This document shows positions 45,448-55,295 of a stretch of 64,000 bases of DNA, piece by piece. Origin of the DNA: a virus (lineage: Duplodnaviria; Caudoviricetes). The notes beneath the pieces were generated by a model, which was given only the letters and a program-made list of their open reading frames with translations, searched no databases and was not told where the DNA came from. The translations under genes were made by a program, and so were the position numbers. The stretch's first letter is position 1. Every line of letters starts with the position of its first letter. Where the stretch lies: IMG/VR virus record IMGVR_UViG_3300010429_001449; one strand, 5' to 3'.

Positions 45448-45699
45448 TGAGCTTCATCTCCATTGTGTAAACGTCCTTCGGCTCGGACAGAACACCAGGC
45501 CACGAACCGTCTATCTCGGCCTGAACAACGTTCGCGTCAAGCCCCACATTGGCAGCGGCGTCGTACAATTCGCTGTCGCCGCTTTTTGCAGCCCGCTCCG
45601 CTAGAAACGAACACAGCCCCGCCAAAGCGTCAGCGAGCGCCTTCTGGCGGCGCAAGAGTCGTTCAAACTGAGTGGGCGACATGCCTATTCCTCGGAAAG

Positions 45700-45774
45700 T
45701 GGTACCCCCGGTGGGAGTCGGACCCACACCCTACCGGTTAAGAGCCGGTTGCTCTGCCTTCGAGCTACGGGGGC
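45700..45774 (-). tRNA. tRNA-Lys(CTT)
   Basis: Loop CTCTTAA; T-loop TCCGA. Confidence 0.92.
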
Positions 45775-45834
45775 ACATGACCTACTGTTATTATAACAGA
45801 CACCCCGCCAATGTCAAGGGTTTTTCTTTGAAAG

Positions 45835-45910
45835 TGGTGGGCGCGGAGGGAGTCGGACCCTCAATTGTCTCGGTTAAAAGCCGAGTACCCTACCGTTGGG
45901 TGACGCGCCC
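45835..45910 (-). tRNA. tRNA-Lys(TTT)
   Basis: Loop CTTTTAA; T-loop TCCGA. Confidence 0.92.
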
Positions 45911-45917
45911 AAGAAAG

Positions 45918-45993
45918 TGGTGGCTGGTAACGGAGTCGAACCGTTCCCTCTCGGTTTTCAGCCGAGCGCTCGTACCGACTAAGCTAACCAGCC
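45918..45993 (-). tRNA. tRNA-Phe(GAA)
   Basis: Loop CTGAAAA. Confidence 0.93.
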
Positions 45994-46006
45994 GTTGCAA
46001 TCGAAG

Positions 46007-46083
46007 TGGTCGACTCGCCGAGATTTGAACTCGGAGCCTGCTGCTCCGGAGGCAGCCGCTCTATCCAGTTGAGCTACGAGTCG
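46007..46083 (-). tRNA. tRNA-Arg(CCG)
   Basis: Loop CTCCGGA. Confidence 0.95.
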
Positions 46084-46115
46084 GCAAAGCTATTCTGTGC
46101 CGGATTATCAAAAGG

Positions 46116-46193
46116 TGGCGATCCCGAGAGGATTTGAACCTCCACTTGTCCTGATCCGTAGTCAGGTGCCATTTCCAGTTAGGCGACGGGATC
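46116..46193 (-). tRNA. tRNA-Arg(ACG)
   Basis: Loop CTACGGA. Confidence 0.95.
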
Positions 46194-46413
46194 GTTGTTG
46201 TTCTGTGCGTCTTTCTTGACGCCGTTCGTAAAAACAGCCCGATGGCAGGCGTCGCAAAGCCGTTTGTTGAGCCAGGGAGCTATTGTCGCCTCATCATCTT
46301 CGCCGACGCGCATCGTGAGAACTTGAACGAAAGACGATGTCGTTTGGCCGCAGCGTTCACAACGCGGACTCGGAGCGGTCGTAGTTACGTCTTGAGTCAT
46401 GTGTCTGCTCCAC

Positions 46414-46443
46414 AAAAAGAGCCGCCCAACGCGGCTGCTCTTT
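46414..46443 (-). terminator. probable intrinsic terminator
   Basis: AGCCGC-GTTGG-GCGGCT hairpin followed by CTTTTT. Confidence 0.55.
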
Positions 46444-46474
46444 CATACAGCATACACAAATCGGGCGATGATGA

Positions 46475-47462
46475 CTACGCTTTTGGCTCAAGCTCTTTCG
46501 CGCAGATCAGGTTGCCGGAGGCGCTGAACAACGCCTCGAAGCGACGCCCCGACGGGGTGTGGCGCACTCGAATCGTGCGACATTCCGCTCGGTCTGTTGA
46601 ATCTTCCTCAACAACGCAGTCGAGATCGGCGACATTATCGACAAGATCGGCGTGTTTGGACACGAAACCTTCCATCTCCTTCGCCAGCGCGTACAATGCC
46701 GCGTCGATGTTCTTGGCTGCTTCCGCCTGTTCCTGCTCCTTCTTCGCCGTCTCAGCGATCTGAACTTCCGTCGCCTTTAGCATTCGCTGGAGAATTTCTA
46801 TGACTTTCTGCGGCGATCCTTCCCCGTCACTGTATGTTTCTCCGCACGAAGTCCCGGAATCATTCTCGCCGATCAGGACGTGCTGACTGTCAACGTCAAA
46901 GGATTGTTCGACGCCTCCGTCGGGGCCGACCACTAAGCCAACCAACAACAGCCGCCGCGATACGGTGTTTCTTGTTCTTTGCACGTCCAGCAAGTTGGCC
47001 ACTCGGAGCTTTAGCACCATCTGTGCCGTTCTCTCTCCCACGTGCGACCCCATACTGATCGCCTTTTCCTTGGACAAATCCACGTCCTTCCTAAGAGCGC
47101 CAATCGCCGCGAGACGACCAAAGACACTCTGCAACTCATCCGCGCCCTTCTCGTTTTCCGCATTCCCGGTCATAACAACCTCCTTTAGTGTTGAACCCGA
47201 CGGCCCTTTGGCCATCTCCTACAAAATGTAACGGCTGCCCGTAAACACACCAGTGTTGCAGGCAGCGACCCGAGCTATTCACTGGGTAGGCGCAACTGAC
47301 CACGCCTGCCTCTTTCTCCTTCTTCGTGGGTTTCTTGACGTACTGATCGCACATGTCAGCGCAAAGCGACCGGGCTTTCACAACCCAGAAACCGCGCTCG
47401 TTCAACTCTCTGATGGCCGCCCGCAACTTCGGCGTTAATGTGTACGGCCTGCGTGATTTCAT
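46475..47462 (-). other. two hypothetical CDSs (46475..47215 and 47136..47462)
   Basis: ORFs with RBS; no recognisable family. Confidence 0.5.
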
Positions 47463-47484
47463 GCCGGAACCTCACGAAGGAAAG

Positions 47485-47558
47485 TGGCAGGGCCGTGGAG
47501 ACTCGAACTCCAGACAACCTGTTTTGGAGACAGGTGCGCTATCCCGTAGCCCGGCCCT
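47485..47558 (-). tRNA. tRNA-Trp(CCA) with atypical D-arm
   Basis: Loop CTCCAAA; normal T-arm; shortened D region lacking U8. Confidence 0.8.
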
Positions 47559-47616
47559 GCATCTTCCACACACTTAGTATAACAGCGTCGCCAAGATTGT
47601 CAAGCGGTTTTTTGCC

Positions 47617-48165
47617 CTACGAGCAAAAGACAGCGGCGGCGACAACCGTTGTCCAGACTCCTCTTTTATCGCCTTCTGCCGTCTGGCAGATGTTGCGCGT
47701 GCGAACAATCTTGCCGCTCATACGATAGACTTCCTTGCGCTCGTCGTAGTTCTTGGTGGAGTCGAATTCGATACCTAGGGTCGTCGCCAACATCGTAGCA
47801 GCAAGGTCTTCGGCATAATCGCCCGCCTTATCCTCGTTCTCGCCGAAGGAGTGATGTTCGCTCAAGTAGCCGTACTGTTCGCCTTCTGCCGGAACGGCCA
47901 GTCCGATTGCCGAGGCGATCATACGGTGCGGTTCGTTCGTTGCAGTGTCGGCCATCACGCAGAATACAATCTGGCCGGGAGCCATGCCTTTCAAGCCTTC
48001 GGTCGGCGAGACTATCTTGCAGCCTGGCGGAAAGATGCTGGAAACGCGCACAAGATTGAATGCGGCGATGCCAGCCTTGCGCAGCGCCAACTCGAACGAT
48101 TGAAGCTTGTCCTTATGTCGTCCAACGCCCTTCGTAAAGAAGACGCGAGCGGGGATGTGCGTCAT
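47617..48165 (-). CDS. pdaD: pyruvoyl-dependent arginine decarboxylase
   Basis: [25 protein letters not shown] (S-S autocleavage site), [16 protein letters not shown]. Confidence 0.92.
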   Translation of the reverse strand: MTHIPARVFFTKGVGRHKDKLQSFELALRKAGIAAFNLVRVSSIFPPGCKIVSPTEGLKGMAPGQIVFCVMADTATNEPHRMIASAIGLAVPAEGEQYGYLSEHHSFGENEDKAGDYAEDLAATMLATTLGIEFDSTKNYDERKEVYRMSGKIVRTRNICQTAEGDKRGVWTTVVAAAVFCS

Positions 48166-48198
48166 GCGCGTTCTCCTGTCATTTCGGTTTTACAGGGG

Positions 48199-48372
48199 CT
48201 ATGAGGTGCGCGAAGCGTTCGCGGTTAGCCAGAACGAATGCGGGCCACGTTGAATGCTGTGTGTCACAGGCGCTTCCACGAGCACGAACTTGTCCACAAC
48301 GGGATCGAGTTCGTTCAAACGTATCTCCAGAACGTCTAGTTCGTCGAAGAATGGGAAGCAGTCGTAGATCAT
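48199..48372 (-). pseudogene. N-terminal remnant of a GT17-type glycosyltransferase
   Basis: MIYDCFPFFDELDVLEIRLNELDPVVDKFVLVEAPVTHS, then stops at ~57 aa. Confidence 0.7.
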
Positions 48373-48906
48373 CGCGCTGTTCCTTGAACGCGATGGTGAG
48401 GAACGTCCGCCAAACAACGCTCCATGAAGGAGTCGTCGCAAGCAGTGCAGAGGCCGAAACTACGTTCCTTTACGACAATTTTAGCGGTGCTTGGCTCCCC
48501 GCAACGAAAACAATGCTGCGCCAAATCCGCCTCAGATAAATCCGTCTGCGAGGGAAAACCCGCAGCCAAACCGCATCCGTCGATCCCACAAATGAATTCG
48601 CGCCGCGTTGCTGCCTCTTTGAGATGGGCGCATTCAGTACACACCCAGACAGCTACGTTCACAAACTTCCCGACCTTAAGTGTTGGCATTGGATTGGGCA
48701 TGTGCTACTCCTTCTCCTGCTCTTCCGGAGCCTTCGCGTCCTCGCAAGGGTACGGCGGCGTCTTCGCTTCTTCAAGCGATTTGTACGGACACATAAGGGC
48801 GCGGCCTATGTGCGCCGCGCACGTCCACGTTTCGGGCGTGTCTTCTTTCAGCTTTAGCTGCCAATCACAGAAACGCGCAAGACACACGACGAACGCTCCT
48901 CAAAAG

Positions 48907-48981
48907 TGGCTCCCCAGGGAGGACTCGAACCTCCAACCGTGCCCTTAACAGGGGCCTGTTCTTCCGTTGAACTACCGGGGA
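48907..48981 (-). tRNA. tRNA-Asn(GTT)
   Basis: Loop CTGTTAA; GCCA end. Confidence 0.93.
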
Positions 48982-49400
48982 GTAAAAACCGTTTGCCAAA
49001 CACGAACTACTTCTGTTGCGCCAATCGGAGAGCGACTCATACGCGCCTTACCCATACACTTGCGCGAGCAGAAATTCCTCGTCATGCCGCCGCGCAAGAG
49101 AGTGTTAGCCCACCGGCGGCTGAACTCATGCCCGCACACAGGGCACACCATCTCAACCATTTTGCGTCCGTGCTCCCTGTTGTGCTGCGCCGTATGTGCT
49201 CCGCGCTTCAACAGTTCCAGATTCTCTAGTCTGTTGTCGCGTCGATTGCCGTTCTTGTGGTGAATCGTCTCGTCATCTCCCGGCAGCACTCCGTGGGCAC
49301 GCCAGAAGACTAGATGATGCTCATAGCAGTAACGCCCGCGATATCTTTTGCCGGGATAATCGTCGGGGGCTAGGACGAGTTCGTAGGGACCGTTTCGCAT
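48972..49400 (-). CDS. HNH endonuclease with Zn ribbon; stop codon lies inside tRNA-Asn
   Basis: GGAG RBS; YEHHLV..IHHKNGNRRDNRLENL..H; CPVC..FCSRKC. Confidence 0.9.
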   Translation of the reverse strand: MRNGPYELVLAPDDYPGKRYRGRYCYEHHLVFWRAHGVLPGDDETIHHKNGNRRDNRLENLELLKRGAHTAQHNREHGRKMVEMVCPVCGHEFSRRWANTLLRGGMTRNFCSRKCMGKARMSRSPIGATEVVRVWQTVFTPR

Positions 49401-49410
49401 GACGGACTCC

Positions 49411-49527
49411 GAAAAAACAGGCGCAGACGGTTCAATGCCCCAACAGAAGTTGAAGTTACCGGACCTCGCGGCGTCGGTCGTCTGCGCTTGTTGATCGAAG
49501 GTCAAGATTCTGCTAAGACATTGAACA
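49411..49527 (-). ncRNA. candidate structured RNA or leader upstream of the HNH gene
   Basis: Promoter TTGACT-N16-TACAAT at 49534-49561; two interleaved helices of 19 and 14 bp; ends in a U-tract. Confidence 0.6.
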
Positions 49528-50977
49528 GGAGTCATTGTAGCACAGTTTCACAGAGAGTCAAGCGCCCTACTATTAGGCGACTGGGGAGTAGTAGCTGGCC
49601 GGACATTAAACTGATCGAACGACACCGAAAGGAAAGAACAGAACCTCGCCGCGCCAATTCATCTTGTCGCCCAAGCGACGCCAACGAAAAGACAGCAGGC
49701 TGTTGCTGGCGCTTTTCGTAGTGCCGTTCTTGCGGCGCAGCGTGTTTATCGTCAGAAAGTCGAAGCCGTCCATTCCGGAGGAATCACCGCCAAGCCGGAA
49801 CGAGAACAAGCTGAGTGTTACCGCAACCATCGGCGACCTTCCTTTTCGCTAATGAAGCTTGACTTCCCACAGCGCTTTCGACAACGTTCTCGACAAACGA
49901 GAGAGAATCACTATGACTCTGCGTCCTGGTCTGTCTCCTCCCACGCGGGCGGACCTTCGGACAAACCGCAGTAGGAATTCAGACCTATGACGGAGATGAG
50001 TTGATTCGCCAAACGCAAATCGGCGTCTTCCAAGTTCTTCTTTTCGCGCACGTAATTCGTCAGTGCCCATACGGTGTTCATTTGTCGCCATGTCAATGTG
50101 TGGCGGTAGTACCGAACCACGCATTGCAATACGCAGATCAAATCTCCAAAATTGTCCTCGCGGGAACGCCTTTGCTCCCACAAAACGGTCAGTTCTTCGT
50201 CCAGTTTGCGCCAATTCTCTGGATTGTTCGGCGCGTCTTGTAGCTCGTCCGGTAGCTCAGACATACCTACGCAACCCCGATACGTAAGCCAGTTTGCGCA
50301 CAAAGCCTATCGGCTGCGTTTCCAGAATCCTGCCGTCTATCGATACGCCTCCGCTTTTCAGCAGCGTGACAGAATCAATGCGCATTTCGGTGATTTCATT
50401 CTGCCGCGTCCAGAGGAAACGCCATTTCTCGCGCAGCGTCATGGACTCGACAGAGCGATTCATCTCAGCCAAGACGGTTGACCTCATCGTTGGGTATCGG
50501 TCCGTAAATTCCGCAGGTCTTGAATGCTGTCTCTTTCGAGATGAGCGTGATCGAGAATGGTTGTCCGAAAGATTCAATGTCTGCGTGCCAGCGCATTACG
50601 TGCCCCGTCACAAGGCCGCCGAGATGTTGCTTGTCCAGAACAAGATAATCACTATGATCTATCAAAGGAGACTCGACTGTGAGGCGCGGGAGTTGCATAT
50701 TAATCTACTCGAAGTCGCGCTGATGCGCCTTCAGCGCACGAATAAGGGCGGACAGGAACCGCCGAGCCGTGTTCTTCTGGTACATCAGATGTACCATCTC
50801 GATCAGCGCCTCGGCGGTTGCCTGTCCCGCCCGTTCTGCGCGTCCTTCTTTATTCCGCCTCGTTGTCAAAGAACCCAAGGCGCAGGTGGGAGAAGGCTTG
50901 TGGCCTGTGTCTGCGCTGGCTTCGTCTTGTAGACTCACCTACCACAGTCTCCCATTCGTCTGCGCCTGTTTTCAACT

Positions 50978-51053
50978 TGGTACCCTAGAGGGGATTCAAA
51001 CCCCTGCGCTCCAGCGTGAAAGGCTGGCGACCTAATCGCTAGTCCACTAGGGC
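50978..51053 (-). tRNA. tRNA-Glu(TTC)
   Basis: Loop CTTTCAC; T-loop TTTGA; ACCA end. Confidence 0.88.
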
Positions 51054-51109
51054 GTCACTGTTCCTAGTATAACGGAATCCCTCAGAATGTCAAGAGGGAT
51101 TTTCCGAAA

Positions 51110-51904
51110 TTACAGCCAAGTCGGCTTGGCAGAAGATGGCTTGGCCGTCTTCTTTTCGGGCTTCTTGGCTTTGCCGGTCAGCGCATCAACGACGGCCTGA
51201 GCATCATCCGGCAGAAGTGCCTCGCCCTGAGCAACAAATGTCTTGCTTTGCTGTGGCGCGGACGGGTCGTTGGAAACAACCGTGTTGCTCAAGCCACGGC
51301 TTGCCGAAGAGCGGTCGCCGCCCATACGGAAGCAGCACGCCGCCACGCTCGCGCCAGCGAAAGCGCTGCTTACACCCTTGCTAGTCGCGGCGAATGTCGC
51401 GGCCAGATCGCGCTTCGCGCCAAGCTTTTCGGCTTCCTCGAAGGCGTTCTGGTTCGCGCCGAGATAGATGAATTTCCAGTTGTACGTCCCTTCCTGAGTC
51501 TGGATCATCTGCTTCACGCGATCCCGCGTGTATTCGCTGCTGGAGTTCTCCTGGCCGTCCGTCAAGATGAAAAAGATCACCTGACTGGGCCGCTGTTCTT
51601 CCGGTGTCTTGTCCAGACGCTGCCCGACCTCATCGATGGTTTTGCCGACAGCATCCAGCAAAGCCGTCATGCCGCTCGGCACGTAGTCATCATCCTTTAT
51701 GACTACGTTCTGAATGTCCGCGCCGTCCAGCCTCTTGTCGAACTGCGTGTCGAAGAATGTAAGCGTGAGCTTCGCTTGACCCACGCACTTCTTCTGATCT
51801 TCGACGAACTGACGAAGGCCGCTCCGGGCCTCGACGATAACGTCATTCATCGAACCGCTCTTGTCCACGACACCTACGATTTCAGTGAGATTCGGGTTGG
51901 TCAT
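51110..51904 (-). CDS. vWA-domain protein
   Basis: MIDAS motif VVDKSGSM; MTALLDA; LTDGQENSS; WKFIYLGAN. Confidence 0.9.
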   Translation of the reverse strand: MTNPNLTEIVGVVDKSGSMNDVIVEARSGLRQFVEDQKKCVGQAKLTLTFFDTQFDKRLDGADIQNVVIKDDDYVPSGMTALLDAVGKTIDEVGQRLDKTPEEQRPSQVIFFILTDGQENSSSEYTRDRVKQMIQTQEGTYNWKFIYLGANQNAFEEAEKLGAKRDLAATFAATSKGVSSAFAGASVAACCFRMGGDRSSASRGLSNTVVSNDPSAPQQSKTFVAQGEALLPDDAQAVVDALTGKAKKPEKKTAKPSSAKPTWL

Positions 51905-52151
51905 CTTTTTTCCCTTTCTGGTAAGACCAATTTGCGAAACGACTGTTTGGCGCAGACTTAACGTCTTGCGCTTCAGTTTGCCGGGAAGCTGAACCGTCAC
52001 CGGACATTGTTACCTGAAACGACGTTCGGGCATCGATGTGCTCATCCAACAACCTCCGAACTACCTCAGACTTAGGGACGCCAAGCCTGTCGCACTCGCC
52101 TTTGATGAACTCAGTCTGTCGTCCCGTGAGCGTAATCAACCACTTCTCCAT
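51882..52151 (-). CDS. ribbon-helix-helix protein
   Basis: WLITLT..Q..FI....RLGVPKSEVVRRLLDEH; AGGAG RBS. Confidence 0.7.
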   Translation of the reverse strand: MEKWLITLTGRQTEFIKGECDRLGVPKSEVVRRLLDEHIDARTSFQVTMSGDGSASRQTEAQDVKSAPNSRFANWSYQKGKKDDQPESH

Positions 52152-52253
52152 CGCTGATCTCCTTCCTACCTGTAGATATCTACTGATATCTATAGTATAA
52201 CACTGGATATCCATTTGTCAAGTGATTTCCGGGAATTTTCATGAAAATCTACC

Positions 52254-53529
52254 TGACTTCTCCCACGACTGAAGTCGTGGGGTTCTCAGGAAAACGTTGC
52301 TGTTGCATCGCTTAACTCCTGAAGGCCCTGTCCGGGCCGCAAAGACAGTCCCGCCGCTAAAATGTTCTTGGCGGCATTAATGTCTCGACAATCTGTGTAC
52401 CCGCAAAAAGGACATCGATGCGTTCTCGTTGATAACGACTTCTGAACCATCTCTCCGCACGAGCTACATCTCTGACTCGTGTACGCGGGATTAACTCGTA
52501 TCAACTCGCGCCCAGCACCTTCCGCCTTGTACGCGAGCATTCCTACAAGCATCCCCCACGAAGCGTCAGTTATCGCCTGCGCGAAGCAATGATTCCGCAC
52601 CAGTCCCTTAATATTCAAGTCCTCTACAACAATCACGCCGTTTTCGTTGACGTAATGACGTGAGACTTTGTGAAGATGATCTTTCCGTCTGTTTGAAAGG
52701 CGTTCGTGGTGTCGAGCAAGAGTACGGACAGCCTTTCGTCTTCGGTTGCTCCCTTTGGTTCTTCTTGCAACTCTCCGTTGAAGCCTCCGCAACTTCTTCA
52801 AACCGCTCTTGAGATTGTGAGGATTCTCAGTATGGTTCCCATCCGAGTCCGTGACGAGGTATAGTAATCCTACGTCCAATCCCACGGCTTTATCCGTTGC
52901 GGGAAGAACGTCGTCTGGAAGCTCCGTTATGCACTGAACGTACCAGCCGCTCGGACGTTTGACGATCCTTGCTCTTTGAAACTTACCAGGAACAGGACGA
53001 TCTGGTTGCACCAACTTGATGTTACCAAGCTGTCTTCCACCCTTGAACACGTCGTCTTCTACCCGCTGTGTTCCGTCTCGAAACTCGAAGGAACTCCAAG
53101 AACGGTACGACTTGAATCGAGGTCTTCCAACCTTCTTCCCCGCTTTATGCCCTTCAAAGAAGAACTTGTAGGAGCGGTGAAGCCGCTGGAGGGTCGTATC
53201 TACAACCACGGCGGGAAGATCAGGCCATCTAGCCTTTCCGTGAGTCTTATCTTGCGTGAAATACGGAAGGTACTTTCCCGTCTGTTGGAAATGATCAATA
53301 AGCTCCTGAAGCGCAGCGTTGTACACCTGTCTTGATCCGTCCAGGAAGGACTGGAGCAGTGTTTCCTGCCTCTTGTTTGGCCTCAGTTTGTATTCTACTG
53401 TCCTTATCATCTCACTTCATTCTAGCAGGCATTTGACTATAAGGCAAGAGAAATTCCCAGATTTTCAGAGAATTTTTCTCACGTCGCCCTAACCCACGGC
53501 TAAAGCCCGTGGGCTTGCGGGCGACTTCG
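52254..53529 (-). mobile_element. IS200/IS605-family tnpB-only element
   Basis: Left-end hairpin AAGCCCACGGGCTTTAGCCGTGGG at ~53492-53516; right-end hairpin CCCACGACTTCAGTCGTGGGAG..GTCA at 52254-52282. Confidence 0.85.
52286..53410 (-). CDS. tnpB: RNA-guided endonuclease TnpB (divergent from the + strand pair)
   Basis: YKLRPN HTH; VGLDVG; VVEDL; CSSC..CPFC; RDINAAKNI. Confidence 0.96.
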   Translation of the reverse strand: MIRTVEYKLRPNKRQETLLQSFLDGSRQVYNAALQELIDHFQQTGKYLPYFTQDKTHGKARWPDLPAVVVDTTLQRLHRSYKFFFEGHKAGKKVGRPRFKSYRSWSSFEFRDGTQRVEDDVFKGGRQLGNIKLVQPDRPVPGKFQRARIVKRPSGWYVQCITELPDDVLPATDKAVGLDVGLLYLVTDSDGNHTENPHNLKSGLKKLRRLQRRVARRTKGSNRRRKAVRTLARHHERLSNRRKDHLHKVSRHYVNENGVIVVEDLNIKGLVRNHCFAQAITDASWGMLVGMLAYKAEGAGRELIRVNPAYTSQRCSSCGEMVQKSLSTRTHRCPFCGYTDCRDINAAKNILAAGLSLRPGQGLQELSDATATFS

Positions 53530-53740
53530 GATCGTCACCGGGATGGTTAGGCCGTTGTAGATGTCCGTTATGAGTTTCCACGGGATCGTCTTGATAGGGC
53601 CTTCGCCGCACTGCATTGTAAGACCTTCTTGCGAAGCAACGAGCTTGTACTTCATTGAGCCAACGAAAAGCATTCCGATTGGCGTTACGTTATTGTCGGG
53701 CGGATCGGCAGGCGCGGTCTTTTTCTCGCATAAAGCCACG

Positions 53741-54316
53741 TTAAGTCTCCTTTAGCCACGGGCCTCCGAAAGCCAAATCGATGATGGCTCCGTGCTCCAC
53801 GAATACGCGGCGGAAACCAAAGATGTTGCTGCCCCAGTAGATTAGTGCGCAGGCCATTGGAGCGCCCTTTTTCATCTCCGCGCCGCCAGACCAGAACTTC
53901 ACGCGGGTGTCCGACAAGAAACAAACGGCGCGGGCGCAAGGAAACACGAAGTTTTTCCAATGCGCTGTGTTCGTTGCGACAGGAACAAGCGCGATGATTT
54001 CGGAACGATGTTCGTCGTTTGCTACTGCGCAGCGGCGCAACCAATCCCGCACGTGCGTCCCGCGTTCCCGGTCGTAGCCGTAGGGCGGATTGACGTAGAT
54101 CGTTTTGAAGTTCCACGAGAGCGACAGCCCGTCTTGTTCTGGAAGACGGTATTCCGTTTCCGCGCCCACGGTAGAAAAGACGCAGGAGCAGGGATCGAGC
54201 AGTATCCTGCCGCCGAAGAATTGCCGCACGGACGCAACGTACTTTGGCGGAGTACACCAATGCTTGTTCAGGGACGTGGTTTGTCTACCGGCGGTCATAT
54301 TATACTCCATCGCCAA
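53741..54316 (-). CDS. phage Dam-like N6-adenine methyltransferase
   Basis: WCTPP, LDPCS, DGL..W, YVNPPY, LVP.ATNT. Confidence 0.88.
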   Translation of the reverse strand: MAMEYNMTAGRQTTSLNKHWCTPPKYVASVRQFFGGRILLDPCSCVFSTVGAETEYRLPEQDGLSLSWNFKTIYVNPPYGYDRERGTHVRDWLRRCAVANDEHRSEIIALVPVATNTAHWKNFVFPCARAVCFLSDTRVKFWSGGAEMKKGAPMACALIYWGSNIFGFRRVFVEHGAIIDLAFGGPWLKET

Positions 54317-55295
54317 AGAGCACGATTGCGGCGACGCCTGTTTCGCGCAGGATGCGCTCGCGGGCCTCTTCTGCAGTCGCTCGATTCAACTCTACGCCCA
54401 AGAATCGCCTGTTTAATCGAAGGGCGGCGATGGCTGTCGTTGCCGCGCCGCAAAACGGATCAAAGACCAGATCGCCCTCTCTGGTGGCCGCTTTGATGCA
54501 CTTGGTAGGCAAATCAACGGGGAAGGGCGCGACATGCGCCCCCCTATAAGGCTTCGTGGCCATCGTCCACACGTTTCTGCTGTTCTTTCGCCCGCCGGGC
54601 AACGTCGTATGATTCTCCCCGACGAAGGCGTAGTTGGCAACATTCGCTTTGTTTGGATGCTTCCGATGCGTCCCCCACGAAGTCGCTTTGCGAGCGTGCT
54701 GCTCTGCGTAGATGGCTTTCTCCGAAATAGCCATGTAGTCGTAATAGTACTGGGCGGCTTTCGACAGAAGAAAGACGTGCTCGTAGGCTTGAGTAGGACG
54801 GTTCTTAACACTTTCTGGGGTCGGATTCGGTTTGTGCCACACTACCGAGGACCGCAGGAACCAACCGTCCGCCCGCAACGCCTGTGCAACCAGCCAGGGA
54901 ATACCTACTAGGTCTTTCGCTTTGATTCCGCCCGGAAGCCGTTTCTTAGCGTACGTGTCTCCGACATTCAACCAGAACGTTCCGTCGTCTTTCAGCGAGC
55001 AACGAAACGCGGCGGCGCACTCCGCGATGCTTGTCGCATACTCTTGCGGGGACGCTTCTTGCCCTAATTGAGACGCGCTACCGTAGTCGCGGTGCGTCCA
55101 GTACGGAGGCGACGTAACAACGCATTGAGCAATGCCCGCAGGTAGCGTCGGTCCTACAACGCGAATGTCTCCGACTACAACGCAGCAGGGCGTCGCGGAC
55201 AGGTCGGTTATAGCAAACAAATCCTTGATCGTACTACCTTGGATCAGCATCTGTTTCTTCTCCCAACCCTTCTGCCGCAAGACGCGCACGAGCAA
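54300..55295 (-). CDS. N4-cytosine/N6-adenine (beta class) methyltransferase
   Basis: TSPPY, WHKPNP.PESV, H.APFP, DPFCG. Confidence 0.9.
   Translation of the reverse strand: MLVRVLRQKGWEKKQMLIQGSTIKDLFAITDLSATPCCVVVGDIRVVGPTLPAGIAQCVVTSPPYWTHRDYGSASQLGQEASPQEYATSIAECAAAFRCSLKDDGTFWLNVGDTYAKKRLPGGIKAKDLVGIPWLVAQALRADGWFLRSSVVWHKPNPTPESVKNRPTQAYEHVFLLSKAAQYYYDYMAISEKAIYAEQHARKATSWGTHRKHPNKANVANYAFVGENHTTLPGGRKNSRNVWTMATKPYRGAHVAPFPVDLPTKCIKAATREGDLVFDPFCGAATTAIAALRLNRRFLGVELNRATAEEARERILRETGVAAIVLFGDGV

Noticed and set aside
41793-46100. Long ORFs or ORF extensions crossing tRNAs (e.g. 42397..43047, 42857..43318, 45672..46028)
   Set aside because: They are translations of tRNA sequence.
49401-49535. 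N-terminal extension of the HNH ORF as given in the track (to 49535)
   Set aside because: The upstream start overlaps the -10 box; a GGAG RBS supports ATG 49400, and the region is better explained as structured RNA.
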